Assembly: GCF_003019035.1 (NCBI RefSeq)
Contig: NZ_CP027447.1
DNA length: 64,000 nt
Strand: one strand, 5' to 3'
DNA from: Escherichia coli
GTDB lineage: Bacteria > Pseudomonadota > Gammaproteobacteria > Enterobacterales > Enterobacteriaceae
Shown here: positions 43,624-53,549 of the stretch, piece after piece
Layout of the letters: the number at the start of each line of letters is the position of its first letter
Numbering within the stretch: the first letter of the stretch is position 1
The notes under the pieces: generated by a model
What the model was told of the DNA's origin: nothing
Seen by the model: the letters and a program-made list of their open reading frames with translations, nothing else
Database searches by the model: none
Translations under genes and position numbers: made by a program

Positions 43624-45732
43624 ATGTCAACCGGATTACGTTTCACGCTGGAAGTGGACGGCCTGCCACCGGACGCGTTTGCGGTGGTTTCCTTTCATCT
43701 CACCCAGTCACTCTCTTCACTTTTTTCCCTTGACCTTTCTCTGGTCAGTCAGCAGTTTCTCTCCCTTGAATTTGCGCAGGTGCTGGACAAAATGGCCTAC
43801 CTGACGGTATGGCAGGGCGATGACGTACAGCGCCGGGTGAAAGGCGTGGTGACCTGGTTTGAACTCGGGGAGAACGACAAAAACCAGATGCTGTACAGCA
43901 TAAAGGTGCGCCCGCCGCTGTGGCGGGCAGGACTGCGTCAGAACTTCCGTATCTTCCAGAACGAGGACATCAGAAGCATCCTCGGCACCATACTGCAGGA
44001 AAATGACGTCACGGAGTGGAGTCCGCTGTTCAGCGAGCCGCATCCTTCCCGTGAGTTTTGTGTCCAGTACGGCGAAACCGATTACGATTTCCTGTGCCGG
44101 ATGGCGGCGGAGGAAGGCATCTTCTTTTATGAGGAGCACGCGCAAAAAAGTACCGACCAGAGCCTGGTCCTGTGCGACACCGTGCGTTATCTGCCGGAGT
44201 CCTTTGAGATCCCCTGGAATCCGAACACCCGTACCGAGGTGAGCACCCTATGCATCAGCCAGTTCCTCTACAGCGCACAAATCCGCCCATCTTCCGTGGT
44301 GACCAAAGACTACACCTTTAAACGACCCGGCTGGGCAGGGCGTTTTGATCAGGAAGGCCAGCACCAGGATTACCAGCGCACACAGTATGAAGTGTATGAC
44401 TACCCCGGACGTTTCAAGGGTGCCCACGGGCAGAACTTTGCCTGCTGGCAGATGGATGGCTGGCGAAACAACGCAGAAGTGGCGCGCGGAACAAGCCGTT
44501 CGCCGGAGATATGGCCGGGACGGCGAATTGCGCTGACGGGGCATCCGCAGGCGAACCTGAACCGGGAATGGCAGGTGGTGGCAAGTGAACTGCACGGCGA
44601 GCAGCCGCAGGCGGTGCCGGGACGCAGTGGTTCAGGTACCACGCTGAATAACCACTTTGCGGTAATACCGGCAGACAGAACATGGCGGCCACAGCCGTTG
44701 CTGAAACCGCTGGTGGACGGCCCGCAGAGCGCCGTCGTGACGGGACCGGCAGGAGAAGAAATCTTCTGTGATGAACATGGCCGCGTGCGGGTGAAATTTA
44801 ACTGGGACCGTTATAACCCGTCAAACCAGGACAGTTCATGCTGGATCCGTGTGGCACAGGCGTGGGCAGGCACCGGGTTTGGTAACCTGGCGATACCGCG
44901 TGTGGGTCAGGAGGTCATTGTGGACTTCCTCAACGGCGATCCGGACCAGCCGATTATTATGGGGCGCACCTACCACCAGGAAAACCGCACCCCCGGCAGC
45001 CTGCCGGGAACAAAGACGCAAATGACCATTCGTTCAAAAACCTATAAGGGCAGCGGGTTTAATGAACTGAAGTTTGACGATGCGACAGGGAAAGAACAGG
45101 TCTACATCCACGCGCAGAAGAACATGAACACCGAGGTGCTGAATAACCGCACCACGGATGTGATAAACAACCATGCTGAGACCATCGGCAACAATCAGGT
45201 GATTGCGGTTACCAACAATCAGATACAGACGGTGGGCGTTAACCAGATAGAGACGGTGGGCAGTAACCAGATCATTAAAGTGGGCTCTGTTCAGGTGGAA
45301 ACGATTGGACTTGTTCGTGCGCTGACTGTGGGCGTGGCGTATCAGACGACGGTAGGTGGCATTATGAACACCTCGGTGGCCCTGATGCAGTCCTCGCAGA
45401 TCGGTTTGCATAAATCGTTGATGGTCGGGCTGGGTTATGACGTCAAAGTCGGAAATAACGTTACCTTCACCGTTGGTAAAACGAAAAAGGATGATACCGG
45501 GCAGACCGCGATTTACTCCGCCGGTGAGCATCTGGAACTCTGCTGTGGTAAGGCAAGGCTGGTGCTGACTAAGGACGGACAAATTTTTCTCAACGGCACA
45601 AAAATTCATTTGCAGGGTAAGGAGCAGGTTAATGGTGACTCACTGTTGATTAACTGGAACTGTGCAGCCTCGAAATCCCCACCGAAGACCCCTGATGAAA
45701 AGCAGGATACGCCGGATATGAGAGAGTACTGA
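43624..45732 (+). CDS. vgrG: Type VI secretion spike protein VgrG (orphan, no other T6SS core genes in window)
   Basis: ORF 43588-45732; start at MSTGLRFTLEVDGL with SD ggagg upstream; gp27/gp5-like N-terminus and C-terminal beta-helical repeats (VIAVTNNQIQTVGVNQIETVGSNQIIKVG). Confidence 0.9.
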   Translation: MSTGLRFTLEVDGLPPDAFAVVSFHLTQSLSSLFSLDLSLVSQQFLSLEFAQVLDKMAYLTVWQGDDVQRRVKGVVTWFELGENDKNQMLYSIKVRPPLWRAGLRQNFRIFQNEDIRSILGTILQENDVTEWSPLFSEPHPSREFCVQYGETDYDFLCRMAAEEGIFFYEEHAQKSTDQSLVLCDTVRYLPESFEIPWNPNTRTEVSTLCISQFLYSAQIRPSSVVTKDYTFKRPGWAGRFDQEGQHQDYQRTQYEVYDYPGRFKGAHGQNFACWQMDGWRNNAEVARGTSRSPEIWPGRRIALTGHPQANLNREWQVVASELHGEQPQAVPGRSGSGTTLNNHFAVIPADRTWRPQPLLKPLVDGPQSAVVTGPAGEEIFCDEHGRVRVKFNWDRYNPSNQDSSCWIRVAQAWAGTGFGNLAIPRVGQEVIVDFLNGDPDQPIIMGRTYHQENRTPGSLPGTKTQMTIRSKTYKGSGFNELKFDDATGKEQVYIHAQKNMNTEVLNNRTTDVINNHAETIGNNQVIAVTNNQIQTVGVNQIETVGSNQIIKVGSVQVETIGLVRALTVGVAYQTTVGGIMNTSVALMQSSQIGLHKSLMVGLGYDVKVGNNVTFTVGKTKKDDTGQTAIYSAGEHLELCCGKARLVLTKDGQIFLNGTKIHLQGKEQVNGDSLLINWNCAASKSPPKTPDEKQDTPDMREY

Positions 45733-45798
45733 TCCCGTACCTGTTCAGTATTCAGTAACAAACAAGCATTAAAAATAAACAGAAGAAGGAATTGAATC

Positions 45799-45815
45799 AT
45801 GAGCGGAAAACCAGC
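45799..45815 (+). pseudogene. 5' stub of an rhs gene (start codon plus about 5 codons) truncated by an H-repeat element
   Basis: atgagcggaaaacc matches the first 14 nt of the intact rhs at 53550 (atgagcggaaaacccgcg...), followed directly by the H-repeat left end cagggaaagatca at 45816. Confidence 0.7.
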
Positions 45816-47106
45816 CAGGGAAAGATCATCAGAAGTACACTTTTTGTACTAAACAATTCGCATTTTATGTTTAAAAATTGAGATATTCCTCATTACCTGA
45901 AGCTGTTTTTTATTGCTTATACATGATCAAATACTCCTTACATAATTAAGGAGAACAAAATGGAACTTAAAAAATTGATGGAGCATATTTCTATTATCCC
46001 CGATTACAGACAAGCCTGGAAAGTGGAACATAAATTATCGGACATTCTACTGTTGACTATTTGTGCCGTTATTTCTGGTGCAGAAGGCTGGGAAGATATA
46101 GAGGATTTTGGGGAAACACATCTCGATTTTTTGAAGCAATATGGTGATTTTGAAAATGGTATTCCTGTTCACGATACCATTGCCAGAGTTGTATCCTGTA
46201 TCAGTCCTGCAAAATTTCACGAGTGCTTTATTAACTGGATGCGTGACTGCCATTCTTCAGATGATAAAGGCGTCATTGCAATTGATGGAAAAACGCTCCG
46301 GCACTCTTATGACAAGAGTCGCCGCAGGGGAGCGATTCATGTCATTAGTGCGTTCTCAACAATGCACAGTCTGGTCATCGGACAGATCAAGACGGATGAG
46401 AAATCCAATGAGATTACAGCTATCCCAGAACTTCTTAACATGCTGGATATTAAAGGAAAAATCATCACAACTGATGCGATGGGTTGCCAGAAAGATATTG
46501 CAGAGAAGATACAAAAACAGGGAGGTGATTATTTATTCGCTGTAAAAGGAAATCAGGGGCGGCTTAATAAAGCCTTTGAGGAAAAATTTCCACTGAAAGA
46601 ATTAAATAATCCAGAGCATGACAGTTACGCAATGAGTGAAAAGAGTCACGGCAGAGAAGAAATCCGTCTTCACATTGTTTGCGATGTCCCTGATGAACTT
46701 ATTGATTTCACGTTTGAATGGAAAGGTCTGAAGAAATTATGCGTGGCAGTCTCCTTTCGGTCAATAATAGCAGAACAAAAGAAAGAGCCAGAAATGACGG
46801 TCAGATATTATATCAGTTCTGCTGATTTAACCGCAGAGAAGTTCGCCACAGCAATCCGAAACCACTGGCACGTGGAGAATAAGCTGCACTGGCGTCTGGA
46901 CGTGGTAATGAATGAAGACGACTGCAAAATAAGAAGAGGAAACGCCGCAGAATTATTTTCAGGGATACGGCACATCGCTATTAATATTTTAACGAATGAT
47001 AAGGTATTCAAGGCAGGGTTAAGACGTAAGATGCGAAAAGCTGCCATGGACAGAAACTATCTCGCGTCAGTCCTTGCGGGGAGCGGGCTTTCGTAATCTT
47101 TCCCTG
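45816..47106 (+). mobile_element. H-repeat (ISAs1-family) element, copy A, 1291 bp
   Basis: Terminal inverted repeats cagggaaaga (left) and tctttccctg (right); encodes a 378-aa transposase; nearly identical to copies at 50594-51884 and 58348-59638. Confidence 0.85.
45960..47096 (+). CDS. ISAs1-family transposase (H repeat-associated protein, YdcC/YhhI-like)
   Basis: 378-aa ORF with SD aaggag; three near-identical copies in the window. Confidence 0.88.
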   Translation: MELKKLMEHISIIPDYRQAWKVEHKLSDILLLTICAVISGAEGWEDIEDFGETHLDFLKQYGDFENGIPVHDTIARVVSCISPAKFHECFINWMRDCHSSDDKGVIAIDGKTLRHSYDKSRRRGAIHVISAFSTMHSLVIGQIKTDEKSNEITAIPELLNMLDIKGKIITTDAMGCQKDIAEKIQKQGGDYLFAVKGNQGRLNKAFEEKFPLKELNNPEHDSYAMSEKSHGREEIRLHIVCDVPDELIDFTFEWKGLKKLCVAVSFRSIIAEQKKEPEMTVRYYISSADLTAEKFATAIRNHWHVENKLHWRLDVVMNEDDCKIRRGNAAELFSGIRHIAINILTNDKVFKAGLRRKMRKAAMDRNYLASVLAGSGLS

Positions 47107-48889
47107 GCTGCTGGAGTTCACGCGCGACCGCCTGCACCGGGAGACGGTGCGCAGCTTCGGCAGCATGGCAGGCAGTAATGCCGCATACGAACTGACCAGC
47201 ACATACACCCCCGCAGGCCAGTTACAGAGCCAGCACCTGAACAGCCTGGTATATGACCGTGACTACGGGTGGAGTGACAACGGCGACCTGGTGCGCATCA
47301 GCGGCCCGCGACAGACGCGGGAATACGGCTACAGCGCCACGGGCAGGCTGGAGAGTGTGCGCACCCTCGCACCGGACCTGGACATCCGCATCCCGTATGC
47401 CACGGACCCGGCGGGCAACCGGCTGCCGGACCCGGAGCTGCACCCGGACAGTACACTCACAGTGTGGCCGGATAACCGAATCACCGAAGACGCGCACTAC
47501 CTGTACCGTTACGATGAATACGGCAGGCTGACGGAGAAGACGGACCGCATCCCGGCGGGTGTGATACGGACGGACGACGAGCGGACCCACCACTACCGCT
47601 ACGACAGCCAGCACCGCCTGGTGTTCCACACGCGGATACAGCATGGCGAGCCACTGGTCGAGAGCCGCTACCTCTACGACCCGCTGGGACGGCGAATGGC
47701 AAAACGGGTCTGGCGGCGGGAGCGTGACCTGACGGGGTGGATGTCGCTGTCGCGTAAACCGGAGGAGACATGGTACGGGTGGGACGGCGACAGGCTGACG
47801 ACGGTGCAGACTGACACCACACGTATCCAGACGGTCTACCAGCCGGGGAGCTTCACGCCGCTCATCCGTATCGAGACAGAGAACGGCGAACGGGAGAAAA
47901 TGCAACGCCGCAGCCTGGCGGAGAAGTTACAGTCGGAAGGGAGTGAGGACGGTCACGGTGTGGTGTTCCCGGCTGAGCTGGTGAGGATGCTGGACAGGCT
48001 GGAGGAAGAAATCCGGGCAGACCGCGTGAGCAGTGAAAGCCGGGCGTGGCTTGCGCAGTGCGGGCTGACGGTGGAGCAACTGGCCAGACAGGTGGAGCCG
48101 GAATACACACCGGCGCGAAAAGTTCATTTTTACCACTGCGACCACCGGGGCCTGCCGCTGGCGCTCATCAGCGAAGACGGCAATACGGTGTGGAGCGGGG
48201 AGTATGATGAATGGGGCAACCAGCTTAATGAGGAGAACCCGCATCATGTGTATCAGCCATACCGCCTGCCGGGGCAGCAGTATGATGAGGAGTCGGGGCT
48301 GTACTATAACCGCAACCGGTACTATGATCCGTTGCAGGGGAGGTATATTACCCAGGATCCGATTGGGCCGGTGGGGGGGTGGAATCCCTATAGTTATGTG
48401 CTTATTAATCCAGCCCAGTTTATTGACCCAACAGGTTTAACTCAAGAGGACAATTGGACCTATGGTGAGGTAGGTAATAGCTGTGTTACGAGTCAACGCG
48501 ATTTTACTCCCCCGCCCGGACTTGCGGATATGAAAGCCAGCATTGGCGCTGCCTGCTCAAGAAACAATGCTTCCAGAAACTGCCACCCCGTAGATGGTAG
48601 TAATGCTTCTGCACCATCGGATAAAGCCGCATGGGAAAATATTCAAAATGCGACAAATGGTAAAGATTTATCTGGTGGTGGAAATATGTTTTGTGTAGGA
48701 AATGAGGACTGTGCGGTTGTTCATAGCTGTCGTGAAATAGTTAATGCTCGACACCCGGCAGGACGAGTGCGTGAACGTGTAACTCCGTTAACAACGTCAG
48801 GAACAGCAACGCTCAATGGAACAACAGTTTACTTTTATAATGATCCCCGGAATGGCAATTGTCCTGCTCACGAATATATTCCTCAATAA
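47107..48889 (+). pseudogene. rhsE: Orphan Rhs 3' fragment (rhsE-like): distal core repeats plus a divergent C-terminal toxin tip; no native start codon
   Basis: Begins abruptly at the right end of H-repeat copy A; 47107-48355 is collinear, without indels, with 55994-57242 of the intact rhs (about 93% amino-acid identity); DPIGP motif at 48356-48370; unique C-terminal about 173 codons. Confidence 0.8.
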
Positions 48890-48939
48890 AGAAAAGTGGC
48901 CAGACTAAGCTCTAGCCACATTTTTTGGAGATCCTTTTC

Positions 48940-49563
48940 ATGAAAAGGTTTTTTATAACATGTTGCGTTATGACATTATTTTTATTTGTTAAATGTAAAG
49001 CAGCGTGTGTAACTTCCTTATATGAGGTTCAGCAATCGCTCTTTACATACATTTATTTGATTAGACAAGACCCTGTTCATTTTGATTCATATATTAAGAA
49101 TGTGCATAACGAATTAAAAATATTCCATGATATTGATAAAGCAATGAATATAGCCTCAGATATGGTCAAAATTATTGATATAAAGACCCGTTTATCATTT
49201 AATAATGATTTATATATATTACAAGGGGAACGACAGTATGCAATAGTTAAGAGTGAAGGGGAAAGTAGTCAATTAAAATCATCAGCATTTATCATATCTA
49301 ATTACCCACTATTTAAAAACAAAGTTCTGTTAATTTTATCCGCTACTAGTCCCGTTCAGTTGGTTATATTGTCTTTTGATCAATGTCTTAATGTGGAGGT
49401 GTTATTTGATTCAATGTCTCCAGTTTTCGCTAAGTATAGAGAAGATATTAGTGCAACATTACCATTATGGAAGGTTATTTTGACAAAAAATGATATAGAA
49501 TTATATGAGTACCATAGAACAAATCCATACTCACTTAACAAATTATTGAGCATGTCAAAATAA
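48940..49563 (+). CDS. Putative immunity protein for the orphan Rhs-CT (AT-rich, signal-peptide-like N-terminus)
   Basis: ORF 48925-49563 (TTG) or ATG at 48940 (MKRFFITCCVMTLFLFVKCKAAC...); directly downstream of the toxin tip; low GC. Confidence 0.6.
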   Translation: MKRFFITCCVMTLFLFVKCKAACVTSLYEVQQSLFTYIYLIRQDPVHFDSYIKNVHNELKIFHDIDKAMNIASDMVKIIDIKTRLSFNNDLYILQGERQYAIVKSEGESSQLKSSAFIISNYPLFKNKVLLILSATSPVQLVILSFDQCLNVEVLFDSMSPVFAKYREDISATLPLWKVILTKNDIELYEYHRTNPYSLNKLLSMSK

Positions 49564-49748
49564 CGGTCAAGTATTCAACGTTGTAATATTATTCCTTTTG
49601 CTGAGTGTCTCGAACGGCTAAAGTTGACGTAAAATGCCACGTTTTGTGGGCAAACCGAATCGGTTAAAAAGCATGGTCCGGGAAAAGCTTAACATCAGCG
49701 CTATCGGTGCCAAATGTGCAGCAGGCCTTTCCAGCCTGATTACCAGGG

Positions 49749-50004
49749 CAGGGCGGGATCGTGAATATTGTGATGCATATCACATGAACTCCTGGTTTTA
49801 ACTTATTATTTCGGTTAAAATTTAACCACTGAAATCATTAGGATTCGAGCAAAGGGACGGCATATGGATATTCAAAATTTACTGGATTATATTTCTATAA
49901 TTCCTGATTATCGTCAGCAAGGGAAAATAAGGCATAAATTGTCAGATATTTTATTGCTCACTATATGTGCTATTATTGCCGGTTCTGATGAATGGGAGGA
50001 TATT
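49749..50004 (+). mobile_element. Truncated H-repeat variant (fragment D): left end plus first about 47 codons of transposase
   Basis: IR-like cagggcgggatcgtga at about 49749; ORF start 49864 ([48 protein letters not shown]) interrupted by the next element. Confidence 0.65.
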
Positions 50005-50593
50005 CAGGGCAAGATCATGAAAATCGTGATGTAAATCACAATTTTCAACCTGGCTTTAACTCCTTCAGGAGATTAAAATTTAACCTATGGAATAACTAAA
50101 AAGATAAAAAAGGACGCCAGATGAGTATTCAAAGTTTGCTTGATTATATTTCAGTGTTCCCTGATATACGACAACAAGGAAAGGTTAAACATAAATTATC
50201 TGATATTTTGTTTCTCACCGTATGTGCAGTAATTGCAGGTGCCGATGAGTGGCAGGAAATTGAAGATTTTGGACATGAAAGACTGGAATGGCTAAAGAAA
50301 TATGGTGATTTTGATAATGGCATTCCGGTCGATGACACCATTGCACGCGTTGTGAGTAACATTGACAGTTTGGCCTTTGAAAAGATGTTTATTGAATGGA
50401 TGCAGGAGTGCCATGAAATCACTGATGGTGAAATTATAGCAATAGATGGAAAGACCATAAGAGGCTCCTTTGATAAGGGAAAAAGGAAAGGAGCAATCCA
50501 TATGGTGAGTGCATTCTCGACTGAAAATGGTGTTGTACTGGGGCAGGTGAAAACGGAAGCCAAAAGTAATGAGATTACAGCCATTCCAGAGTT
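50005..50593 (+). mobile_element. Truncated H-repeat variant (fragment E) inserted into fragment D and itself cut by copy B
   Basis: Left end cagggcaagatca at 50005; transposase N-terminal 158 codons (ORF 50121..., diverged from copies A-C) ending where the copy B left IR starts at 50594. Confidence 0.7.
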
Positions 50594-51884
50594 CAGGGAA
50601 AGATCATCAGAAGTACACTTTTTGTACTAAACAATTCGCATTTTATGTTTAAAAATTGAGATATTCCTCATTACCTGAAGCTGTTTTTTATTGCTTATAC
50701 ATGATCAAATACTCCTTACATAATTAAGGAGAACAAAATGGAACTTAAAAAATTGATGGAACATATTTCTATTATCCCCGATTACAGACAAGCCTGGAAA
50801 GTGGAACATAAATTATCGGATATTCTACTGTTGACTATTTGTGCCGTTATTTCGGGTGCAGAAGGCTGGGAAGATATAGAGGATTTTGGGGAAACACATC
50901 TCGATTTTTTGAAGCAATATGGTGATTTTGATAATGGTATTCCTGTTCACGATACCATTGCCAGAGTTGTATCCTGTATCAGTCCTGCAAAATTTCACGA
51001 GTGCTTTATTAACTGGATGCGTGACTGCCATTCTTCAGATGATAAAGACGTCATCGCAATTGATGGAAAAACACTCCGGCATTCTTATGACAAGAGTCGC
51101 CGCAGGGGAGCGATTCATGTCATTAGTGCGTTCTCAACAATGCACAGTCTGGTCATCGGACAGATCAGGACGGATGAGAAATCCAATGAGATCACAGCTA
51201 TCCCTGAACTTCTTAACATGCTGGATATTAAAGGAAAAATTATCACAACTGATGCAATGGGTTGCCAGAAAGATATTGCAGAGAAGATACAAAAACAGGG
51301 CGGTGATTATTTATTCGCTGTAAAAGGAAATCAGGGTCGGCTAAATAAAGCCTTTGAGGAAAAATTCCCACTGAAAGAATTAAATAATCCAGAACATGAC
51401 AGTTACGCAATGAGTGAAAAGAGTCACGGCAGAGAAGAAATCCGTCTTCACATTGTTTGCGATGTCCCTGATGAACTTATTGATTTCACGTTTGAATGGA
51501 AAGGTCTGAAGAAATTATGCGTGGCAGTCTCCTTTCGGTCAATAATAGCAGAACAAAAGAAAGAGCCAGAAATGACGGTCAGATATTATATCAGTTCTGC
51601 TGATTTAACCGCAGAGAAGTTCGCCACAGCAATCCGAAACCACTGGCACGTGGAGAATAAGCTGCACTGGCGTCTGGACGTGGTAATGAATGAAGACGAC
51701 TGCAAAATAAGAAGAGGAAACGCCGCAGAATTATTTTCAGGGATACGGCACATCGCTATTAATATTTTGACGAATGATAAGGTATTCAAGGCAGGGTTAA
51801 GACGTAAGATGCGAAAAGCTGCCATGGACAGAAACTATCTCGCGTCAGTCCTTGCGGGGAGCGGGCTTTCGTAATCTTGCCCTG
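50594..51884 (+). mobile_element. H-repeat (ISAs1-family) element, copy B, 1291 bp
   Basis: Same IRs and length as copy A. Confidence 0.85.
50738..51874 (+). CDS. ISAs1-family transposase (H repeat-associated protein)
   Basis: 378-aa ORF, a few substitutions relative to copy A. Confidence 0.88.
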   Translation: MELKKLMEHISIIPDYRQAWKVEHKLSDILLLTICAVISGAEGWEDIEDFGETHLDFLKQYGDFDNGIPVHDTIARVVSCISPAKFHECFINWMRDCHSSDDKDVIAIDGKTLRHSYDKSRRRGAIHVISAFSTMHSLVIGQIRTDEKSNEITAIPELLNMLDIKGKIITTDAMGCQKDIAEKIQKQGGDYLFAVKGNQGRLNKAFEEKFPLKELNNPEHDSYAMSEKSHGREEIRLHIVCDVPDELIDFTFEWKGLKKLCVAVSFRSIIAEQKKEPEMTVRYYISSADLTAEKFATAIRNHWHVENKLHWRLDVVMNEDDCKIRRGNAAELFSGIRHIAINILTNDKVFKAGLRRKMRKAAMDRNYLASVLAGSGLS

Positions 51885-51896
51885 CTTTGTAATGGT

Positions 51897-52079
51897 ATGG
51901 CAGGAGGATATGAATTTGCAGTAAGTAAATTTGGTCAGTCGGCCTATGATGCCGCACAGGAAAAAGCATTAAATAACTATATGGAATTTGAAATGTTAGA
52001 TTTATTACAAAGCATGGGAGAGAATGTCAATCCAGATGAATATAAGCAGGCGCATGATAGAGTTGTTAATCCAAATTGA
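51897..52079 (+). CDS. Small ORF (60 aa) starting just outside the copy B right end; possibly the 3' remnant of a toxin tip
   Basis: ORF 51852-52079 begins inside the IS right end; first ATG outside the IS at 51897 (MAGGYEFAVSKFG...); stop overlaps the next gene. Confidence 0.35.
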   Translation: MAGGYEFAVSKFGQSAYDAAQEKALNNYMEFEMLDLLQSMGENVNPDEYKQAHDRVVNPN

Positions 52080-52093
52080 ATGCAGAGGGGAGT

Positions 52094-52657
52094 ATGTTAT
52101 TAAAACTGATAATGTTATTTTCAATATTTTTTATCCCGTTTTTGGCAGGTTGCAGTATGTTTGATGATGTTTTTGAGAAAAACTACTCATTGAGTTCTGT
52201 CGCCAGTTTTCCAGATGACGTTGATGAATTAAAAGAAATATGGTTTTTTTGTGAAAGATGTTTAAGTGATGAGCAGTGCGAAAATCATGACATTAAACAA
52301 TGTAGAGATGTAACTATTCCCGGTAGAGATGAAGCATTAAGTAAAGCTGTAGGCAGAGCCAATGTCGAAGCTGTTTACTTTCTTGTTGATGTGGCAAAAA
52401 CTGATGTCAATGGTATTACAGGTAAATATAAGGAAACACCATTAATTATTGCTGCATATTATGGAACTCAAGCACATCAGGATATAGCTGAATTTTTGCT
52501 ATTGCATGGGGCAGATATTAATAAAACTTACCCAGCCATTGGGCGAAATCCTCTAGGTGTCGCCAGATGGAAGCATAATGTCGATTTCGTTAATTTTCTA
52601 CTGAAGCATGGTGCTGAACCAGCAGTACATATGGGGTCGATTGAGAATAAAGAGTGA
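52094..52657 (+). CDS. Ankyrin-repeat lipoprotein (candidate immunity protein)
   Basis: ORF 52076-52657; ATG at 52094 preceded by gagggga; lipobox FLAGC; ankyrin-like repeats (TPLIIAAYYGTQAHQDIAEFLLLHGADIN, NPLGVARWKHNVDFVNFLLKHGAEP). Confidence 0.7.
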   Translation: MLLKLIMLFSIFFIPFLAGCSMFDDVFEKNYSLSSVASFPDDVDELKEIWFFCERCLSDEQCENHDIKQCRDVTIPGRDEALSKAVGRANVEAVYFLVDVAKTDVNGITGKYKETPLIIAAYYGTQAHQDIAEFLLLHGADINKTYPAIGRNPLGVARWKHNVDFVNFLLKHGAEPAVHMGSIENKE

Positions 52658-53100
52658 GATTTAACAAAAATGCAATTCATGCTCTCGCCTTGGGTGACGG
52701 TATTGATACTGCTTTTAAGTGTTCAGGAAAAATGGAAAGTGGTAAACCCTTAAAATCTTCGGGCAAATGGGATTACTCTGTTGGTGGGACAAATGGTGCC
52801 TTTCTTTATCTTAAAGACTATTCAAATATTTTGACGGCTGGCCACACAGGAAATCTGGCAGTTACTTTTCTTGGAAGTTACAATGCTCAATATTCAATAA
52901 ACGGAAACTCTCTGGATGTAGTTGTAACAAATTCTTCAACGATACAATCAGCGACACATCCCCCAATCCTGGAGTATACAAAATGGTGGCAGGATAATAT
53001 TGGTAATCCTTTGGATAGAAAATTTCAAAAAGGTCCCACGTCCCCAAAAACACAAACCATAAATTTACACTTTGATTTGTCATGTGCGTGCAAAAAATGA
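52654..53100 (+). CDS. Hypothetical protein, translationally coupled to flanking genes
   Basis: GTG at 52654 overlaps the upstream stop; alternative ATG at 52732; stop overlaps the downstream ATG (atga) at 53097. Confidence 0.5.
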   Translation: MRFNKNAIHALALGDGIDTAFKCSGKMESGKPLKSSGKWDYSVGGTNGAFLYLKDYSNILTAGHTGNLAVTFLGSYNAQYSINGNSLDVVVTNSSTIQSATHPPILEYTKWWQDNIGNPLDRKFQKGPTSPKTQTINLHFDLSCACKK

Positions 53101-53480
53101 AAATTTTATTTATGTTATTATTAATTATCTTGAGTGGATGTGATGGCGAAAATGATGCCAAATTTGTTGGGCAATGGCTTGCTGATATTGATGGTGATAT
53201 AAAATCAGAATTGATCGTGAAGGCAAATGGAATTTTTTATTTCAAGAATATGCCTATGGAGACAGTTTGTCGCGAGGATAAAACATATAAGGCTAATTTT
53301 TTCGGGGATTGGACTATTAATATTGACAATAGGATTGATATTTCAATGGATAATGTTAATTCTGAACGGTGTAATATTCCATCCTCGTATTTAATTAATG
53401 GGTTTTATGATGGTGGATATTTTTTATGTCAGAAAGGATTGTCTTTTTTCCAGACGGACCTGATGAGCCAGGTAATATGA
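53097..53480 (+). CDS. Small lipoprotein (candidate immunity protein)
   Basis: ORF 53082-53480; ATG at 53097 (MKILFMLLLIILSGCDGEND) with lipobox LSGC; AT-rich. Confidence 0.6.
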   Translation: MKILFMLLLIILSGCDGENDAKFVGQWLADIDGDIKSELIVKANGIFYFKNMPMETVCREDKTYKANFFGDWTINIDNRIDISMDNVNSERCNIPSSYLINGFYDGGYFLCQKGLSFFQTDLMSQVI

Positions 53481-53549
53481 TCATTTATATTAAACAATGA
53501 AAGTATTGATCGTGAGCAGATTAAATATATAAGAAATTAAGGAGATACC

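Noticed and set aside
43588-45732. Possibility of a complete T6SS gene cluster
   Set aside because: Only vgrG and rhs effector genes are present; no hcp, tssB/C, clpV or baseplate genes in the window, so this is an orphan vgrG-rhs island
47222-47905. 227-aa minus-strand ORF inside the orphan rhs fragment
   Set aside because: Same GC-rich antisense artefact as in the intact rhs copy
50121-50630. 169-aa ORF suggesting an independent gene
   Set aside because: It is the N-terminal 158 codons of a truncated H-repeat transposase fused to read-through into the left end of copy B; not an intact gene
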